A DNA stretch of 64,000 bases from an uncultured Bacteroidales bacterium (GTDB lineage Bacteria; Bacteroidota; Bacteroidia; Bacteroidales; VadinHA17): the NCBI GenBank assembly GCA_963746685.1, contig CAVVBY010000033.1, positions 592,686 through 656,685 of the forward strand, given 5' to 3'. Below the pieces are notes generated by a model. It was not told the origin of the DNA. It worked only from the letters and a program-made list of their open reading frames with translations, and made no database searches. Position 1 is the stretch's first letter. Each line of letters opens with the position of its first letter. Below are positions 44,401-55,248 of this stretch, piece by piece. The position numbers were made by a program, and so were the translations under genes.

Positions 44401-44934
44401 AACCGGATCAGTAAATATTACGGAACCTCAGCCTTAATCTACTTCGATCATCTGTGACTCCTGCTTCCTGTCCTGATTCGAATGACGGATCAATAAATCT
44501 TACGATTACTGGCGGGTACAAGTCCGTTTAATGTTCTCTGGTCAGATGGGTTAACTGGACTGAACCGTTCAGGAATTATACCCGGAACTTACACTGCGGT
44601 CGTTACGGATAAGAATAATTGCGGAGAAACAATTGTGGTCAATGTCGAATTCACTTTTCCTTTCGGCTGCCTGGTGATTCCGCAGGTGATCACCCCTAAC
44701 AATGACGGCTTTAACGATGAATGGAGGATCAAGAACATCGACCTTTATCCAAACGCCGAGGTCCGCATTTTCAGCAGGTGGGGTAAGATGATTTTCAGCT
44801 CAAAAAACCTGTCGGACAATCCATGGAATGGAACAATAAGCGGGAAGCCTGCTCCGACAGATTCATACCACTATATCCTTTACCTTAACGACGGCTCAGA
44901 GCCAAGATCAGGAGTAATAAGTGTAATCAGATGA
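41433..44934 (+). CDS. Large SprB-like surface protein with HYR-like, PKD-like and SprB repeats and a type-B T9SS (gliding-motility-associated) C-terminal domain; many frameshifts
   Basis: PVAVCKNISVQL..GTVTI..DVDGGS repeats; C.GG..GS..V.GGT.PY.Y.W...L.AG.Y.VTVTD.NGC SprB repeats; C-terminal IPQVITPNNDGFNDEW...YILYL...SGVISVIR. Confidence 0.82.
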
Positions 44935-44963
44935 CATGAATGAAAATGTTGAAGTATAAAGAT

Positions 44964-45965
44964 ATGAGCAATTTAAGAAGTATAATATCAGCTGTCGTTA
45001 TCTTCTTTATTTTTGGGATTTCCGAAGCACAGCAGGTACCAATGTACAGCCAGTACATCATGAACGGATTCCTGATCAACCCGTCATTTGCCGGACGTGA
45101 TGGCTATACATCAGTCAATCTTACAGTACGGGAACAATGGACAGGACTGGCCCAGGCTCCCAGCACCTATGCATTGAGCTTTCAGACCAGGATACTGAAG
45201 AACAGCTATATCTCCAAATCGACAACTGTAAAGAAGAAGCTTGTCAGGCCTACCAGAGGTGGTCAGGTCGGAGTCGGGGGATATGTCTTTAATGATAATA
45301 ACGGCATCATGCACAGAACAGGCGTTCAGGCTGCTTATTCGTATAATATCCCTTTGGGTAAGGAGGATGATGAATATACAAGGAACCTTGCATTCGGACT
45401 TGCACTGATTGCATACCAGTATGCAATCAAATACGAAGGACTTATTTATGACCCTGATGATCCTTACCTGAACAACTATGACAGGTCGGTTTTCATCCCG
45501 GATTTCAATTTCGGAGTAAGCTATACAACACCTAAATATTATGTTGGATTTGCAATGACAAACCTGCTGAGAGGTTCTGTTATGTTTTCAAATGACAATG
45601 ACAACAATAATACTGAACTTGGCCACTATTTTCTGACAGGCGGAATCAAGGTGCCTTTATCCGGAAACTGGCTCCTTGAACCATCGGCATTTATTAAATC
45701 GTCAGATATGTTCTTCAAAGCAATTCAGCTTGATCTGTCATCCGGATCTATTACAAGAACGATTACTGGGCCGGTTTATCATGGCGGACAAATGATGCTA
45801 TTATTATGATGCTTGGCCTGAAGTACGACAGATTTTATTTTGCATATGCATTCGATTTTACTTTAACTGAAATAAGGAAACAAAGCCTCGGGACACATGA
45901 ATTTTCGCTCGCTGTGAAATTCGGAACGAATGCCCGGAGGTATCAGATGGATAAATGCTTATTAA
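44964..45965 (+). CDS. PorP/SprF family T9SS membrane protein (frameshift near 45740)
   Basis: AQQVPMYSQYIMNGFLINPSFAG, REQWTG..QAPST, and GTHEFSL near the end. Confidence 0.88.
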
Positions 45966-46997
45966 CAAAGTTAGCCTGAAAGCGGCCGGCCCGCTCGTGC
46001 TGATGTTCTTATTTGCGGCATTGGCATATACACAGGAAGGATCAGATTCTTTGCCTGTGCGGCTGATGTTTTACAATGCCGAAAACCTGTTTGATACTAC
46101 AGATGATACCCTGAAGGATGATGATGAGTTTCTGCCCGGCGGACTAATGAGATGGAACAGGACCAGGTACACTAAAAAGATCAATTCTGTTTATAAAACA
46201 ATTATTGCGGCAGGGGAGTGGAATCCTCCTGCAATTGTCGGATTATGTGAAATCGAGAACAGGAAAGTACTTGAAGATCTTGTTTACGGAACTACTCTTT
46301 CAAATTTCGGGTACGGGATTATTCACGAAGAGTCGCCGGATCCCAGGGGTATTGATGTTTGTATGATATTCAGAAAAGACCTGGTCAGAGTGATCGATTA
46401 CAGATCGTGGATCCCGCCAGGAGTGAGAAAAGATGAATTTCATTCAAGAAGTGTTCTTTATGTAAAGTGTGCTATTCTTGGCGATACAATACACCTGATA
46501 ATCAATCACTGGCCATCCAGAAGGGGAGGTGTACTTGCAGGAGAACCGCTGAGGGAAGAGATTGCACTTATGGTAAGAGATGCAGTTGATTCTTTATATA
46601 ATGTTTCAAAGGGGGAATTAAAGGCAATTATTTTTGGTGATTTTAATTGCAGTCCGGATGATCCGGTTATTCAGTCCCTTTTAAAACCAGACAGGGCAGG
46701 TGAATGTAAACTTGTTAACCTTGCAGATCAGCATTTGAAAAGGCCTTTCGGGTACATACAGATATATGGGAACCTGGGAGATGCTGGATCAGGTAATTGT
46801 TTCAGACGGACTTGTAAAAAGCACGAGAGGACTATTCACTGATATAAAGGATTTCAGGATCTTCAATGCCTGATTTTCTTCTGAGAAATGATTCAAAATA
46901 TCCTGGCATGACAACCTTTTCAACATACCGTGGTTACAGGTATCAGGGTGGATTCAGCGATCATTTGCCTGTTTTACTCGATCTTGGTATCAGGTAA
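45955..46997 (+). CDS. Endonuclease/exonuclease/phosphatase family protein (frameshifted)
   Basis: FYNAENLFDT, GLCEIEN, NHWPSR and GDFN motifs; GGFSDHLPV is in another frame ending at 46997. Confidence 0.88.
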
Positions 46998-48413
46998 ATC
47001 ATTCTTAGGAATTAGTCCAAGTTCGCGTCCTTTTTCCAGCATTAATTTTTTTGCCGCTTCGTATTCATTTGGAATTACTCCGTCAAGAATGGCATCTCTT
47101 ATTGCATTTTTTATAAGGCCAACCTCCCTTCCTGGCTTTATCATGAAAGTATTTATTATCTCGCTTCCATCGACCGGGGGCTTAAAATTCCGTACAGCAT
47201 CCTTTTCCTCAATTTCCTTAAGCTTGTTTCTTACCATCCTGAAATTCTCCAGGTGTCTTGTCTTGGTTGCTTCAATCCTGGAAGTTATATCAGCCTCACA
47301 TAGCAGCATAAGGTCATCAATATCATCTCCGGCTTCAAACAACAGCCTTCTGACAGCTGAATCAGTAACAATTTCCTGTGAAAGTGCGATCGGACGCAGG
47401 TGAAGGTCAACAAGCTTTTTGACATATTTCATTTTATCATTTAACGGAAGCTTAAGTTTTCTGAAAATGTCGGGTATCATTTTGCCCCCAATGAATTCAT
47501 GTCCATGGAATGACCAGCCCGATTCGGCATCATATTTCTTTGTCACAGGTTTTGCTATATCATGCAGCAGGGCTGCCCACCTGAGCCAGATGTTTGTCGT
47601 TTTCCTGCTTATATTGTCAAGCACTTTTACAGAATGAACAAAATTATCCTTATGTGCTTTTCCATTCTTCTTTTCAACTCCTTTAAGATTATCAAGCTCA
47701 GGAAAAATGATTTTAAGAAGGCCTGATTTTTCAAGGAGTATAAATCCCCTGGAGGGATTTTCACACATTATTATTTTGTTCAGTTCAACAATTATCCTCT
47801 CCTTTGATACAATGCTTATCCGCTCAGCATTGGATGCTATTGATTTGAATGTGGTTTCCTCAATCGAGAAATTTAGCTGAACTGCAAATCTTATCGCCCT
47901 CATCATCCTGAGAGGATCGTCCGAAAATGTTATGTCAGGATCAAGGGGTGTCCGTATTATTTTTTTGTTAAGATCACTTACACCGTCGAAGGGATCCAGT
48001 AATTCGCCGAAAGTCTCCCCGTTTAAGCTGACTGCAAGTGCGTTAATTGTGAAATCCCTCCTTTTCTGATCATCCTCAAGCGTGCCGGTCGTAACAACAG
48101 GTTTTCTTGATCCGCGGTTATATGATTCTTTTCTTGCTCCGACAAACTCAATATCATAATCATTGTACCGGAACATTGCTGTTCCGAAATTCTTAAAAAC
48201 GGAAACTTTAATATCCGGTCCCATTTTTTTTGCAGCTTTTCTTGCAAAGTTAATTCCGTTTCCAACTATCAATATATCAATATCTTTGTCGGGGTAATCC
48301 CTTTTAAGCAGATAATCCCTGACATAGCCTCCGATAACCCAGGCTTTTACATTTTCTGATGAAACAACATCAGAAAGCAGATCAAAAATTTTGTCATTTA
48401 GACATATATTCAT
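46974..48413 (-). CDS. cca: CCA tRNA nucleotidyltransferase / HD domain protein
   Basis: GGYVRD, DIDI, RRDFTINALA, DDPLRMMRAIRF and LLHDIAK motifs. Confidence 0.9.
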   Translation of the reverse strand: MNICLNDKIFDLLSDVVSSENVKAWVIGGYVRDYLLKRDYPDKDIDILIVGNGINFARKAAKKMGPDIKVSVFKNFGTAMFRYNDYDIEFVGARKESYNRGSRKPVVTTGTLEDDQKRRDFTINALAVSLNGETFGELLDPFDGVSDLNKKIIRTPLDPDITFSDDPLRMMRAIRFAVQLNFSIEETTFKSIASNAERISIVSKERIIVELNKIIMCENPSRGFILLEKSGLLKIIFPELDNLKGVEKKNGKAHKDNFVHSVKVLDNISRKTTNIWLRWAALLHDIAKPVTKKYDAESGWSFHGHEFIGGKMIPDIFRKLKLPLNDKMKYVKKLVDLHLRPIALSQEIVTDSAVRRLLFEAGDDIDDLMLLCEADITSRIEATKTRHLENFRMVRNKLKEIEEKDAVRNFKPPVDGSEIINTFMIKPGREVGLIKNAIRDAILDGVIPNEYEAAKKLMLEKGRELGLIPKNDLPDTKIE

Positions 48414-48564
48414 ATGTAGATGTGACAATTTGTTAAATAATCATGACAAAGTTACAATTAATAACTATTTTTAAATAAAATGAACAGTTTGCGCATTAAT
48501 GGTACAAAGATTGGTTTAATAATGAACTTCACCAGCTTTTGAATGTTAATTAAAGAAAAATAAA

Positions 48565-48924
48565 ATGGTAGAACATTTAACAAAAGAGACATTTCTCAGT
48601 AAAGTATTCAACTATGAAACCAATAAGGAATGGAAATTTGAAGGTGGAAAACCTTGTTTGATTGATTTTTACGCTGATTGGTGTGGACCTTGTAAAATGG
48701 TTGCTCCGATACTGGAAGAACTGGCTAAGGATTTTGAGGGTAAGCTGGATATTTATAAAGTCAATACTGAGGAAGAGCAGGAGCTTGCTTCAGTTTTTGG
48801 TATCAGAAACATCCCGTCGATTCTGTTTGTTCCAGCCACAGGTCAGCCACAGATGGCAATGGGTGCCTTGCCGAAGGAGACATTTATTAAGGCATTTAAA
48901 GACGTCCTTGCTGTGGAGAAATAG
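48565..48924 (+). CDS. trxA: Thioredoxin
   Basis: DFYADWCGPCK active site. Confidence 0.92.
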   Translation: MVEHLTKETFLSKVFNYETNKEWKFEGGKPCLIDFYADWCGPCKMVAPILEELAKDFEGKLDIYKVNTEEEQELASVFGIRNIPSILFVPATGQPQMAMGALPKETFIKAFKDVLAVEK

Positions 48925-48997
48925 AGTGTTAATAAAAAAGATTCACTTTGTTAAAAAAAAAGTCAGGATAAATGAAACATTGCCTATCTTTAATACG

Positions 48998-49108
48998 TTA
49001 TATAATCGAAAGGTAGTAACCAATTAGGTTACATGAGTTTTTTTCATGGATTTAGGTTTAGGGTAGTAAAGTAAATTCCCGCGGGGCACCTGTTCCGCGG
49101 GTTTTTTT
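48998..49108 (+). ncRNA. Candidate intergenic small RNA
   Basis: Promoter-like TATCTTTA (48985-48992), hairpin GTAACC/GGTTAC, a U/G-rich core and the strong terminator CCCGCGG..CCGCGGG-T7; no plausible ORF on this strand. Confidence 0.5.
49078..49108 (+). terminator. Intrinsic terminator
   Basis: CCCGCGGGGCACCTGTTCCGCGGG followed by T7. Confidence 0.8.
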
Positions 49109-49304
49109 ATGCGAGATCCTTGAAAATGGTGTTAATCTCCTCCTCAGTCGACTTAAGTTTCTTCTGACATTGCCTGATGAGCTCCGAAGCACGTTTGACC
49201 TCAATAGATAACCTGTCGACATCCATTTCACCACTTTCAATTTCCTGCAATATTTTTTCAATCTCGTTTACTGCCTGGTTAAATGAGAATTCTTTTTTTG
49301 CCAT
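49107..49304 (-). CDS. xseB: Exodeoxyribonuclease VII small subunit
   Basis: FNQAVNEIEKILQEIESGEMDVDRL...CQKKL; downstream of xseA. Confidence 0.92.
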   Translation of the reverse strand: MAKKEFSFNQAVNEIEKILQEIESGEMDVDRLSIEVKRASELIRQCQKKLKSTEEEINTIFKDLA

Positions 49305-49415
49305 ATTTCTCTGAATTATAATAGATTATTATTTGTCTCTTATTTTAGGTTAACCCACCCCAAACCCCTCCAAGGAGGGGACCCATATGAATACTACCAT
49401 TTTCTCCGGTCTCCT

Positions 49416-50648
49416 TTATAACACTTTACTGCTCGCTGATCCGTCACTGAACTTTGTATCCAGGACATCATCCTTCTTAAGCTGGTTAGATTTTTTGAGA
49501 ATTTTCCCATTCATCGAAGTAATCGTATAACCCCTTTTCAGAACATTTTCAGGATCAAGGATTTTAAGTGAATTATTGAATCCGGCCAACTGGTTATTAA
49601 TGATGCTCAGCCAGTTTTTTGAAGTACTGGCCAAAATTTCTTTTTTGCGGGTAATTGCTGTCCCGTTTAATGACAATTGTGCCCTTGCAACAGGGATCAA
49701 TCTTAAATGTGCTGTCTCAATCTTCTTCTTGCTCTTTTCGAGCATAAGCATTGATCTGTCGGTTATTTCATTGCTGAGATCAACAAGGTGATTCTCTGCG
49801 TTGTACATGCAATCAATAAGAAAGTCTGCTACGGCAGTTGGAGTTTTCAACGACCTGTGGGCCACAATATCAGTCACAGAAAGATCTTTTTCATGGCCGA
49901 TTCCTGTGATTACAGGCAGAGGGAACTGAGTTATATAATAAGCAATATTATAATTATCGAACCAGCTCAGGTCGGTTTGAGATCCTCCTCCCCTGATAAT
50001 AACTGCCAGATCGAATTTATCAAGTTGAGAAGCAATCCTGTCAAGGGCTTTTATTAATCCTGATTCTGTTTCCTTGCCCTGCATCGGTGTCTCAAAAAGG
50101 GCGGTATAATAAACATATCCAAAACTGTTCTCCTTAAGATGTTTCATAAAATCGGTGTATCCTGCTGCATTTACGGAGGAAATTACTGCGATTCTCTGAG
50201 GAATAACCGGGAAATCCAGATCCTTGTTCATGGTAAGTACACCTTCATCTTCAAGCTTTTTAAGGATCTGCTGACGTTTGAGGGCCATCTCACCGATTGT
50301 GTATGCAGGATCGATATCGTTTATAACAAGGCTTAATCCATAAATCTCATGATACTCGATTTTTACCCTGACAAGTATCTTCAGGCCATCTCTGAGGGAC
50401 TCTCCGGCTGAGTTTTCAAAAAATGATTTTATGAACCTGTAACGGCTGCTCCATATCACTGCTTTTACACGTGACCTTATACTGATTTCATCAGGATGCT
50501 TCTCTACAAGTTCAAGGTAACAATGTCCATTATAATTTTCCTTTATTTCAGAAATTTCAGCGACCACCCAGTACATATCAGGCAATGCCAGATAAAGAGA
50601 ATCCTTTATGATCAGCTGTAATTCGGTAAGTGATAGTTTTTCGTTCAT
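49416..50648 (-). CDS. xseA: Exodeoxyribonuclease VII large subunit
   Basis: GHCYLEL, IIRGGGS, TGIGHEKD, KTPTAVA and LKRGY motifs. Confidence 0.94.
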   Translation of the reverse strand: MNEKLSLTELQLIIKDSLYLALPDMYWVVAEISEIKENYNGHCYLELVEKHPDEISIRSRVKAVIWSSRYRFIKSFFENSAGESLRDGLKILVRVKIEYHEIYGLSLVINDIDPAYTIGEMALKRQQILKKLEDEGVLTMNKDLDFPVIPQRIAVISSVNAAGYTDFMKHLKENSFGYVYYTALFETPMQGKETESGLIKALDRIASQLDKFDLAVIIRGGGSQTDLSWFDNYNIAYYITQFPLPVITGIGHEKDLSVTDIVAHRSLKTPTAVADFLIDCMYNAENHLVDLSNEITDRSMLMLEKSKKKIETAHLRLIPVARAQLSLNGTAITRKKEILASTSKNWLSIINNQLAGFNNSLKILDPENVLKRGYTITSMNGKILKKSNQLKKDDVLDTKFSDGSASSKVL

Positions 50649-52312
50649 AGCAGATTGTTGACCTTGATTACCTTATGAATGAAAGTACCATCAGGAGTGA
50701 TGAGCCTGACAAAATAGATCCCATTTCTGAGATACTGAAAATCATCCAGTATCAGTGTACGGCTGATATAATCCCGGAAATCTTTTTTCATAACCAGTTT
50801 CCCGTTTATATCATAAACTTCAAACCTGAGCTGTCCGGGGATCTCCCTGAATGTGATTTTCAATTCGTCTGAAAAGGGATTCGGACTTATAACTGATCCG
50901 TCACCAGGCTTCTTAATGTATTTATCCTGTAAGCGATTTATAGCTACGGCAATATCAGGAATTCCGTAACCATATAATGAGTCGGGTTTAAGAAATCTGT
51001 CTGAAGCGGAATGGAGTTCAGAAATAATTTCTGAATTTAGTACCCCTGGCACTGCCTGCATGATGCAAGCGCACATACCACTGATTATGGGGCAGGAAAA
51101 TGAAGTGCCGCTAGATCTGTCAACAGTTGAAGCCTGTACCTGGACAGGAACATTTACTCCCTGCGAAACCACGTCAGGTTTTATTTGCCGGTCGTATGAG
51201 GGCCCCGCTGATGAAAATGCAGAAATGCTTTTATACCCGTCGACGGCTCCGACTGCCAGAACGCTATCTCCGTCTGCCGGTGCTATAATACGGATCCATG
51301 TTTTATTTCTTTCATTACCTGCACTGTTAACAACCAGGATGCCTTTGGATGCAGCAATGTCGGCAGCCTGGGTTATAAATGTTCTGTTACCGTCCAGGTC
51401 CGAAAACTTATAATTCATTGAGGGATCATCAAATGTGTAGTATCCCAGGGATGAAGTTATAATATCAGCTCCAAGGCTGTCGGCAAATTCTGCCGCGGCT
51501 GTCCAGAAATCTTCTTCCACTGGAAATTCTGTTTCTGTGTCCTCGCTCCGTAAGAGCCAGTAATCAGCGCCAGGAGCGGTTCCTTCTATTGATTCCGGAA
51601 TAATCCCTGCAAGCACTGAAAGCACTGCAGTGCCATGATTATGGAACCCATAGACGAACTCATCTTTTTTGACGAAATCAAATGTTCCTTTAATTCCATC
51701 GCGTCTTCTGATGCCATCTAGCGAAGAAATATTATCAGCATTTGAAAAGCCTCCATCAAGAACCGCGATCAGAATGCCTTTACCGTTCAATCCGGAGTTA
51801 TGGACTGTACGGCCATTTAACATTATTAGTGGTTGATCGTACGGCAGATCCTCCTGTCCTGTTTTAAAGCTTAGTTTATCATAGGCTTGGCTTTTCCCAC
51901 TGGTATTCTTTACTATTTTTACCTTGCTGACAAATGGCAGGTTAAGCAGGACACCGATGTCCGCCATGACCTCGGTTTTAAATAGCGCTGTATTCATCCA
52001 TCTGGAAGTGCAATGCAATTTAAAACCTAATGCTTTAATCTGGTTAATATAACCTGAAAAAACCGGGATATCCCTGATATCTGGTACAGGGATGTCTGCA
52101 TTTTCTCGTCTTTTAACAGCTTTTTCTGAAAGAAGGTCGCCCGGAGAAAAATCAGTGATATCGTTTGTTCCCTTGTCTTTGAGATAGATCCTGTAGAAAA
52201 AATTGTAAGTCTTTTCCTGACAATCTATTGAATTAAAAGAATTTATCAGAAGCAGTATAAAAGCGATTATTCCTATTTTAAGCCGGGTAGGATTATAAGA
52301 TCCTGTTACCAT
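50645..52312 (-). CDS. S8 family serine peptidase with a type-A T9SS C-terminal domain
   Basis: AVLDGGF, HGTAVLS, SAGNE and GTSFSCP catalytic motifs; SPNPF...GIYFVR...KVIK CTD. Confidence 0.9.
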   Translation of the reverse strand: MVTGSYNPTRLKIGIIAFILLLINSFNSIDCQEKTYNFFYRIYLKDKGTNDITDFSPGDLLSEKAVKRRENADIPVPDIRDIPVFSGYINQIKALGFKLHCTSRWMNTALFKTEVMADIGVLLNLPFVSKVKIVKNTSGKSQAYDKLSFKTGQEDLPYDQPLIMLNGRTVHNSGLNGKGILIAVLDGGFSNADNISSLDGIRRRDGIKGTFDFVKKDEFVYGFHNHGTAVLSVLAGIIPESIEGTAPGADYWLLRSEDTETEFPVEEDFWTAAAEFADSLGADIITSSLGYYTFDDPSMNYKFSDLDGNRTFITQAADIAASKGILVVNSAGNERNKTWIRIIAPADGDSVLAVGAVDGYKSISAFSSAGPSYDRQIKPDVVSQGVNVPVQVQASTVDRSSGTSFSCPIISGMCACIMQAVPGVLNSEIISELHSASDRFLKPDSLYGYGIPDIAVAINRLQDKYIKKPGDGSVISPNPFSDELKITFREIPGQLRFEVYDINGKLVMKKDFRDYISRTLILDDFQYLRNGIYFVRLITPDGTFIHKVIKVNNLL

Positions 52313-53098
52313 ATTTCGCCCGTTTTTTCCGGATCAGCAATTCTGACTTTGTTCCTTTCAAGTGAATCAATATAATCAGATTGATAAATATCAATGTTCC
52401 GGTTATCAGGTACGCCGGAAACATATTCCGTTTTAAACCTCAGGCTGCCGTCTTTATTATAAATGATCCATTGTCCCTCCCGTAAATTATCTTTATATTG
52501 TCCGAGCATTTCAAGCCTGCCATTCTCGAAAAAAGCTTCAAACTTTCCATCCAGTTTCCCGTTAATGTAATTAGTTTTAAGGGTTAGAGTACCGTCGGGA
52601 TAGTATTTCAGACATTCGCCATGCTTAAGGTCATTTTTGTAAAAGAGTTTTTCTGCAACCTTACCTTCAGAATAGTATTTGACCACGGGACCGTTCTTTT
52701 TATCTACTGAATACTCCACCTCGCTGATCAGGATATCATTTGAAGTTACTGAGAAGAACCGCCATTTTCCCTCTTTTAGCTGGTTCACATATTTTCCTGT
52801 TGAAGCAACCAGACCATTAGGATAATATAGAGTGGCCATTGCTTCTGTACCGTCTTTACTGAAAATAAGTACAGATTTTAAAGGTTTGTCCTCATAAAAC
52901 CGTTTAAATTCACCTGAAGGCTTGTCATTCACAAAATATCCGTCATACAAAATATTGCCGTTCGGGTATTTTTTTATCCAGTGGCCTTGCTTTTTCCCGT
53001 CCTTGTCAGTCTGATTAAGGGCTGCTTGTCCCGATTGCGATAAACAAGGCACAGCAAAGCAGGATACAAATACAGACAGCCAGAATTTTATAGTTCAT
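52306..53098 (-). CDS. Secreted MORN-variant repeat protein (YwqK-like; N-terminal frameshift)
   Basis: Repeated YYPNG..G.Y......G.W motifs; signal-peptide-like start MNYKILAV at 53098. Confidence 0.8.
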
Positions 53099-53211
53099 GA
53101 ACTTTGAGCGATAAATCATACGCAAAAGTACAAAATAATTTCCCGCAGATTTCGCTGATTTTCGCAGATATTTGTCTTCAATCTTCTCTTATCTGCTAAT
53201 CTGCGGGAAAA

Positions 53212-53248
53212 TATAAAAGAGGATGACATAAATTCATCCTCTTTTATA
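53212..53248 (-). terminator. Intrinsic terminator of dnaK
   Basis: 15-bp stem TATAAAAGAGGATGA / TCATCCTCTTTTATA. Confidence 0.8.
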
Positions 53249-53268
53249 AAACCATTCAAGATTGCTTT

Positions 53269-55191
53269 TTATTTAACCTCTTCAAAATCAACATCAGTTA
53301 CTTCATCATTTCCACCCTGCTGCGATTTTCCACTTCCGTGCTGTTCCGGTCCTGGTTGAGAAGATGTACCTGGGCCTGCATTCTGATTCTGAGCTGTCTT
53401 GTACATCTCTTCCGAAGCAGATTGCCATACAGCGTTCAGTTCAGCAAGGGCTTTGTCGATAGCAGGAACATCCTGTGCCTTATGAGCCTCTTTAAGTTTT
53501 GCCAGAGCACTTTCGATGGCAGCTTTTTTATCGGCCGGCACTTTATCACCAAATTCCCTGAGTTGTTTTTCTGTTGAGAAGATCATGCTGTCAGCGCTGT
53601 TGACCTTGTCAACTTTCTCTCTAGCCTGGTGGTCGGCTTCGGCATTTGCCTTGGCTTCATCACGCATTCTTCTGATTTCGTCATCGCTCAGACCTGATGA
53701 TGCTTCGATCCTTATCCTCTGCTCCTTGCCTGTTCCTCTGTCTTTCGCAGTGACGTGCAGGATCCCATTTGCGTCGATATCGAATGTTACTTCGATCTGA
53801 GGGATACCTCTTGGGGCTGGTGGTAAGCCATCGAGATGGAAGCGTCCGATAGTTTTGTTTCCGACTGCCATTGGCCTCTCACCCTGAAGTATATGGATCT
53901 CGACAGATGGCTGGTTGTCGGCAGCAGTGGTGAAAACTTCGGTCTTTTTGGTCGGGATCGTAGTATTCGATTCAATCAGTCTGGTCATTACGCCACCCAT
54001 GGTTTCAATACCAAGCGACAGTGGTGTAACATCGAGAAGCAGGACATCCTTAACCTCACCGGTAAGAACACCGCCCTGAATTGCAGCACCAACTGCCACA
54101 ACTTCGTCGGGATTGACACCTTTTGACGGGGTCTTGCCAAAGAATTTCTCAACAAGCTGCTGAATAGCAGGGATTCGTGTTGAACCTCCAACCAGGAGCA
54201 CTTCATTAATTTCTGAAACTTTCAGTCCGGAGTCAGCCAGAGCTTTTTGGCAGGGTTCGATACAAGCCTGGATAAGCTTATCACAAAGTTTTTCAAACTG
54301 TGCGCGGGTAAGTGTTTTGACGAGATGCTTTGGAATCCCGTCGACCGGCATGATATATGGCAGATTTATTTCAGTTGTTGTAGAGCTTGAAAGTTCTATC
54401 TTCGCTTTTTCAGCGGCTTCTTTCAGCCTTTGAAGGGCCATAGGATCTTTCCTCAGGTCAACTCTTTCTTCTTTAAGGAATTCCTCAGCAAGCCAGTCAA
54501 TGATCATCTGATCAAAGTCGTCGCCTCCAAGATGGGTGTCACCGTTTGTTGATTTCACTTCAAATACACCATCACCGAGTTCGAGAATTGATATATCAAA
54601 TGTTCCTCCGCCAAGATCGAAAACCGCAATCTTGAGATCCTGTGATTTTTTATCCAGACCGTAAGCAAGCGAAGCAGCTGTAGGTTCATTTATTATTCTT
54701 TTTACATTGAGACCTGCAATTTCTCCGGCTTCCTTTGTAGCCTGACGCTGAGAGTCACTGAAATAGGCTGGCACTGTAATTACAGCATCTGTAACTTCCT
54801 GTCCGAGGTAATCTTCAGCTGTTTTTTTCATCTTCTGAAGTATCATTGCTGAAATCTCCTGAGGGGAATACATCCTGTCGTCGATTTTTACTCTCGGGGT
54901 GTTGTTATCACCTCTGACAACTGTGAAAGTTACACGCTTAATCTCGGTGTTAACCTTATCAAATGTCTCGCCCATAAACCGTTTTATAGAATAAACAGTT
55001 TTTCTGGCATTGGTAATGGCCTGACGTTTTGCAGGATCACCTACTTTACGTTCTCCATTTTCAACAAATGCAACTATTGAAGGTGTTGTTCTTTTGCCTT
55101 CACTGTTAGGGATCACTACCGGCTCATTCCCTTCCATTACGGCAACGCATGAGTTTGTGGTTCCCAGGTCGATTCCTATTATTTTTCCCAT
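53269..55191 (-). CDS. dnaK: Chaperone DnaK
   Basis: [23 protein letters not shown] and VGGSTRIP motifs; DVDFEEVK tail. Confidence 0.98.
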   Translation of the reverse strand: MGKIIGIDLGTTNSCVAVMEGNEPVVIPNSEGKRTTPSIVAFVENGERKVGDPAKRQAITNARKTVYSIKRFMGETFDKVNTEIKRVTFTVVRGDNNTPRVKIDDRMYSPQEISAMILQKMKKTAEDYLGQEVTDAVITVPAYFSDSQRQATKEAGEIAGLNVKRIINEPTAASLAYGLDKKSQDLKIAVFDLGGGTFDISILELGDGVFEVKSTNGDTHLGGDDFDQMIIDWLAEEFLKEERVDLRKDPMALQRLKEAAEKAKIELSSSTTTEINLPYIMPVDGIPKHLVKTLTRAQFEKLCDKLIQACIEPCQKALADSGLKVSEINEVLLVGGSTRIPAIQQLVEKFFGKTPSKGVNPDEVVAVGAAIQGGVLTGEVKDVLLLDVTPLSLGIETMGGVMTRLIESNTTIPTKKTEVFTTAADNQPSVEIHILQGERPMAVGNKTIGRFHLDGLPPAPRGIPQIEVTFDIDANGILHVTAKDRGTGKEQRIRIEASSGLSDDEIRRMRDEAKANAEADHQAREKVDKVNSADSMIFSTEKQLREFGDKVPADKKAAIESALAKLKEAHKAQDVPAIDKALAELNAVWQSASEEMYKTAQNQNAGPGTSSQPGPEQHGSGKSQQGGNDEVTDVDFEEVK

Positions 55192-55232
55192 TTTATGATT
55201 TTTATGAAATTTCAATTTATGTCTCTCTAAAC

Positions 55233-55248
55233 TGCAATGATTATGCCA
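55233..55248 (-). promoter_or_regulatory. Sigma54 (RpoN)-type -24/-12 promoter of dnaK
   Basis: Minus strand TGGCATAATCATTGCA = GG-N10-GC, about 42 bp upstream of the ATG. Confidence 0.7.

Noticed and set aside
48500-48514. Possible sigma54 promoter TGGTACAAAGATTGG before trxA
   Set aside because: The -12 element is GG rather than GC; too weak to call without TSS data.
52306-53098. YwqK toxin-antitoxin module
   Set aside because: Only generic MORN-variant repeats with a signal-peptide-like start; no adjacent toxin.
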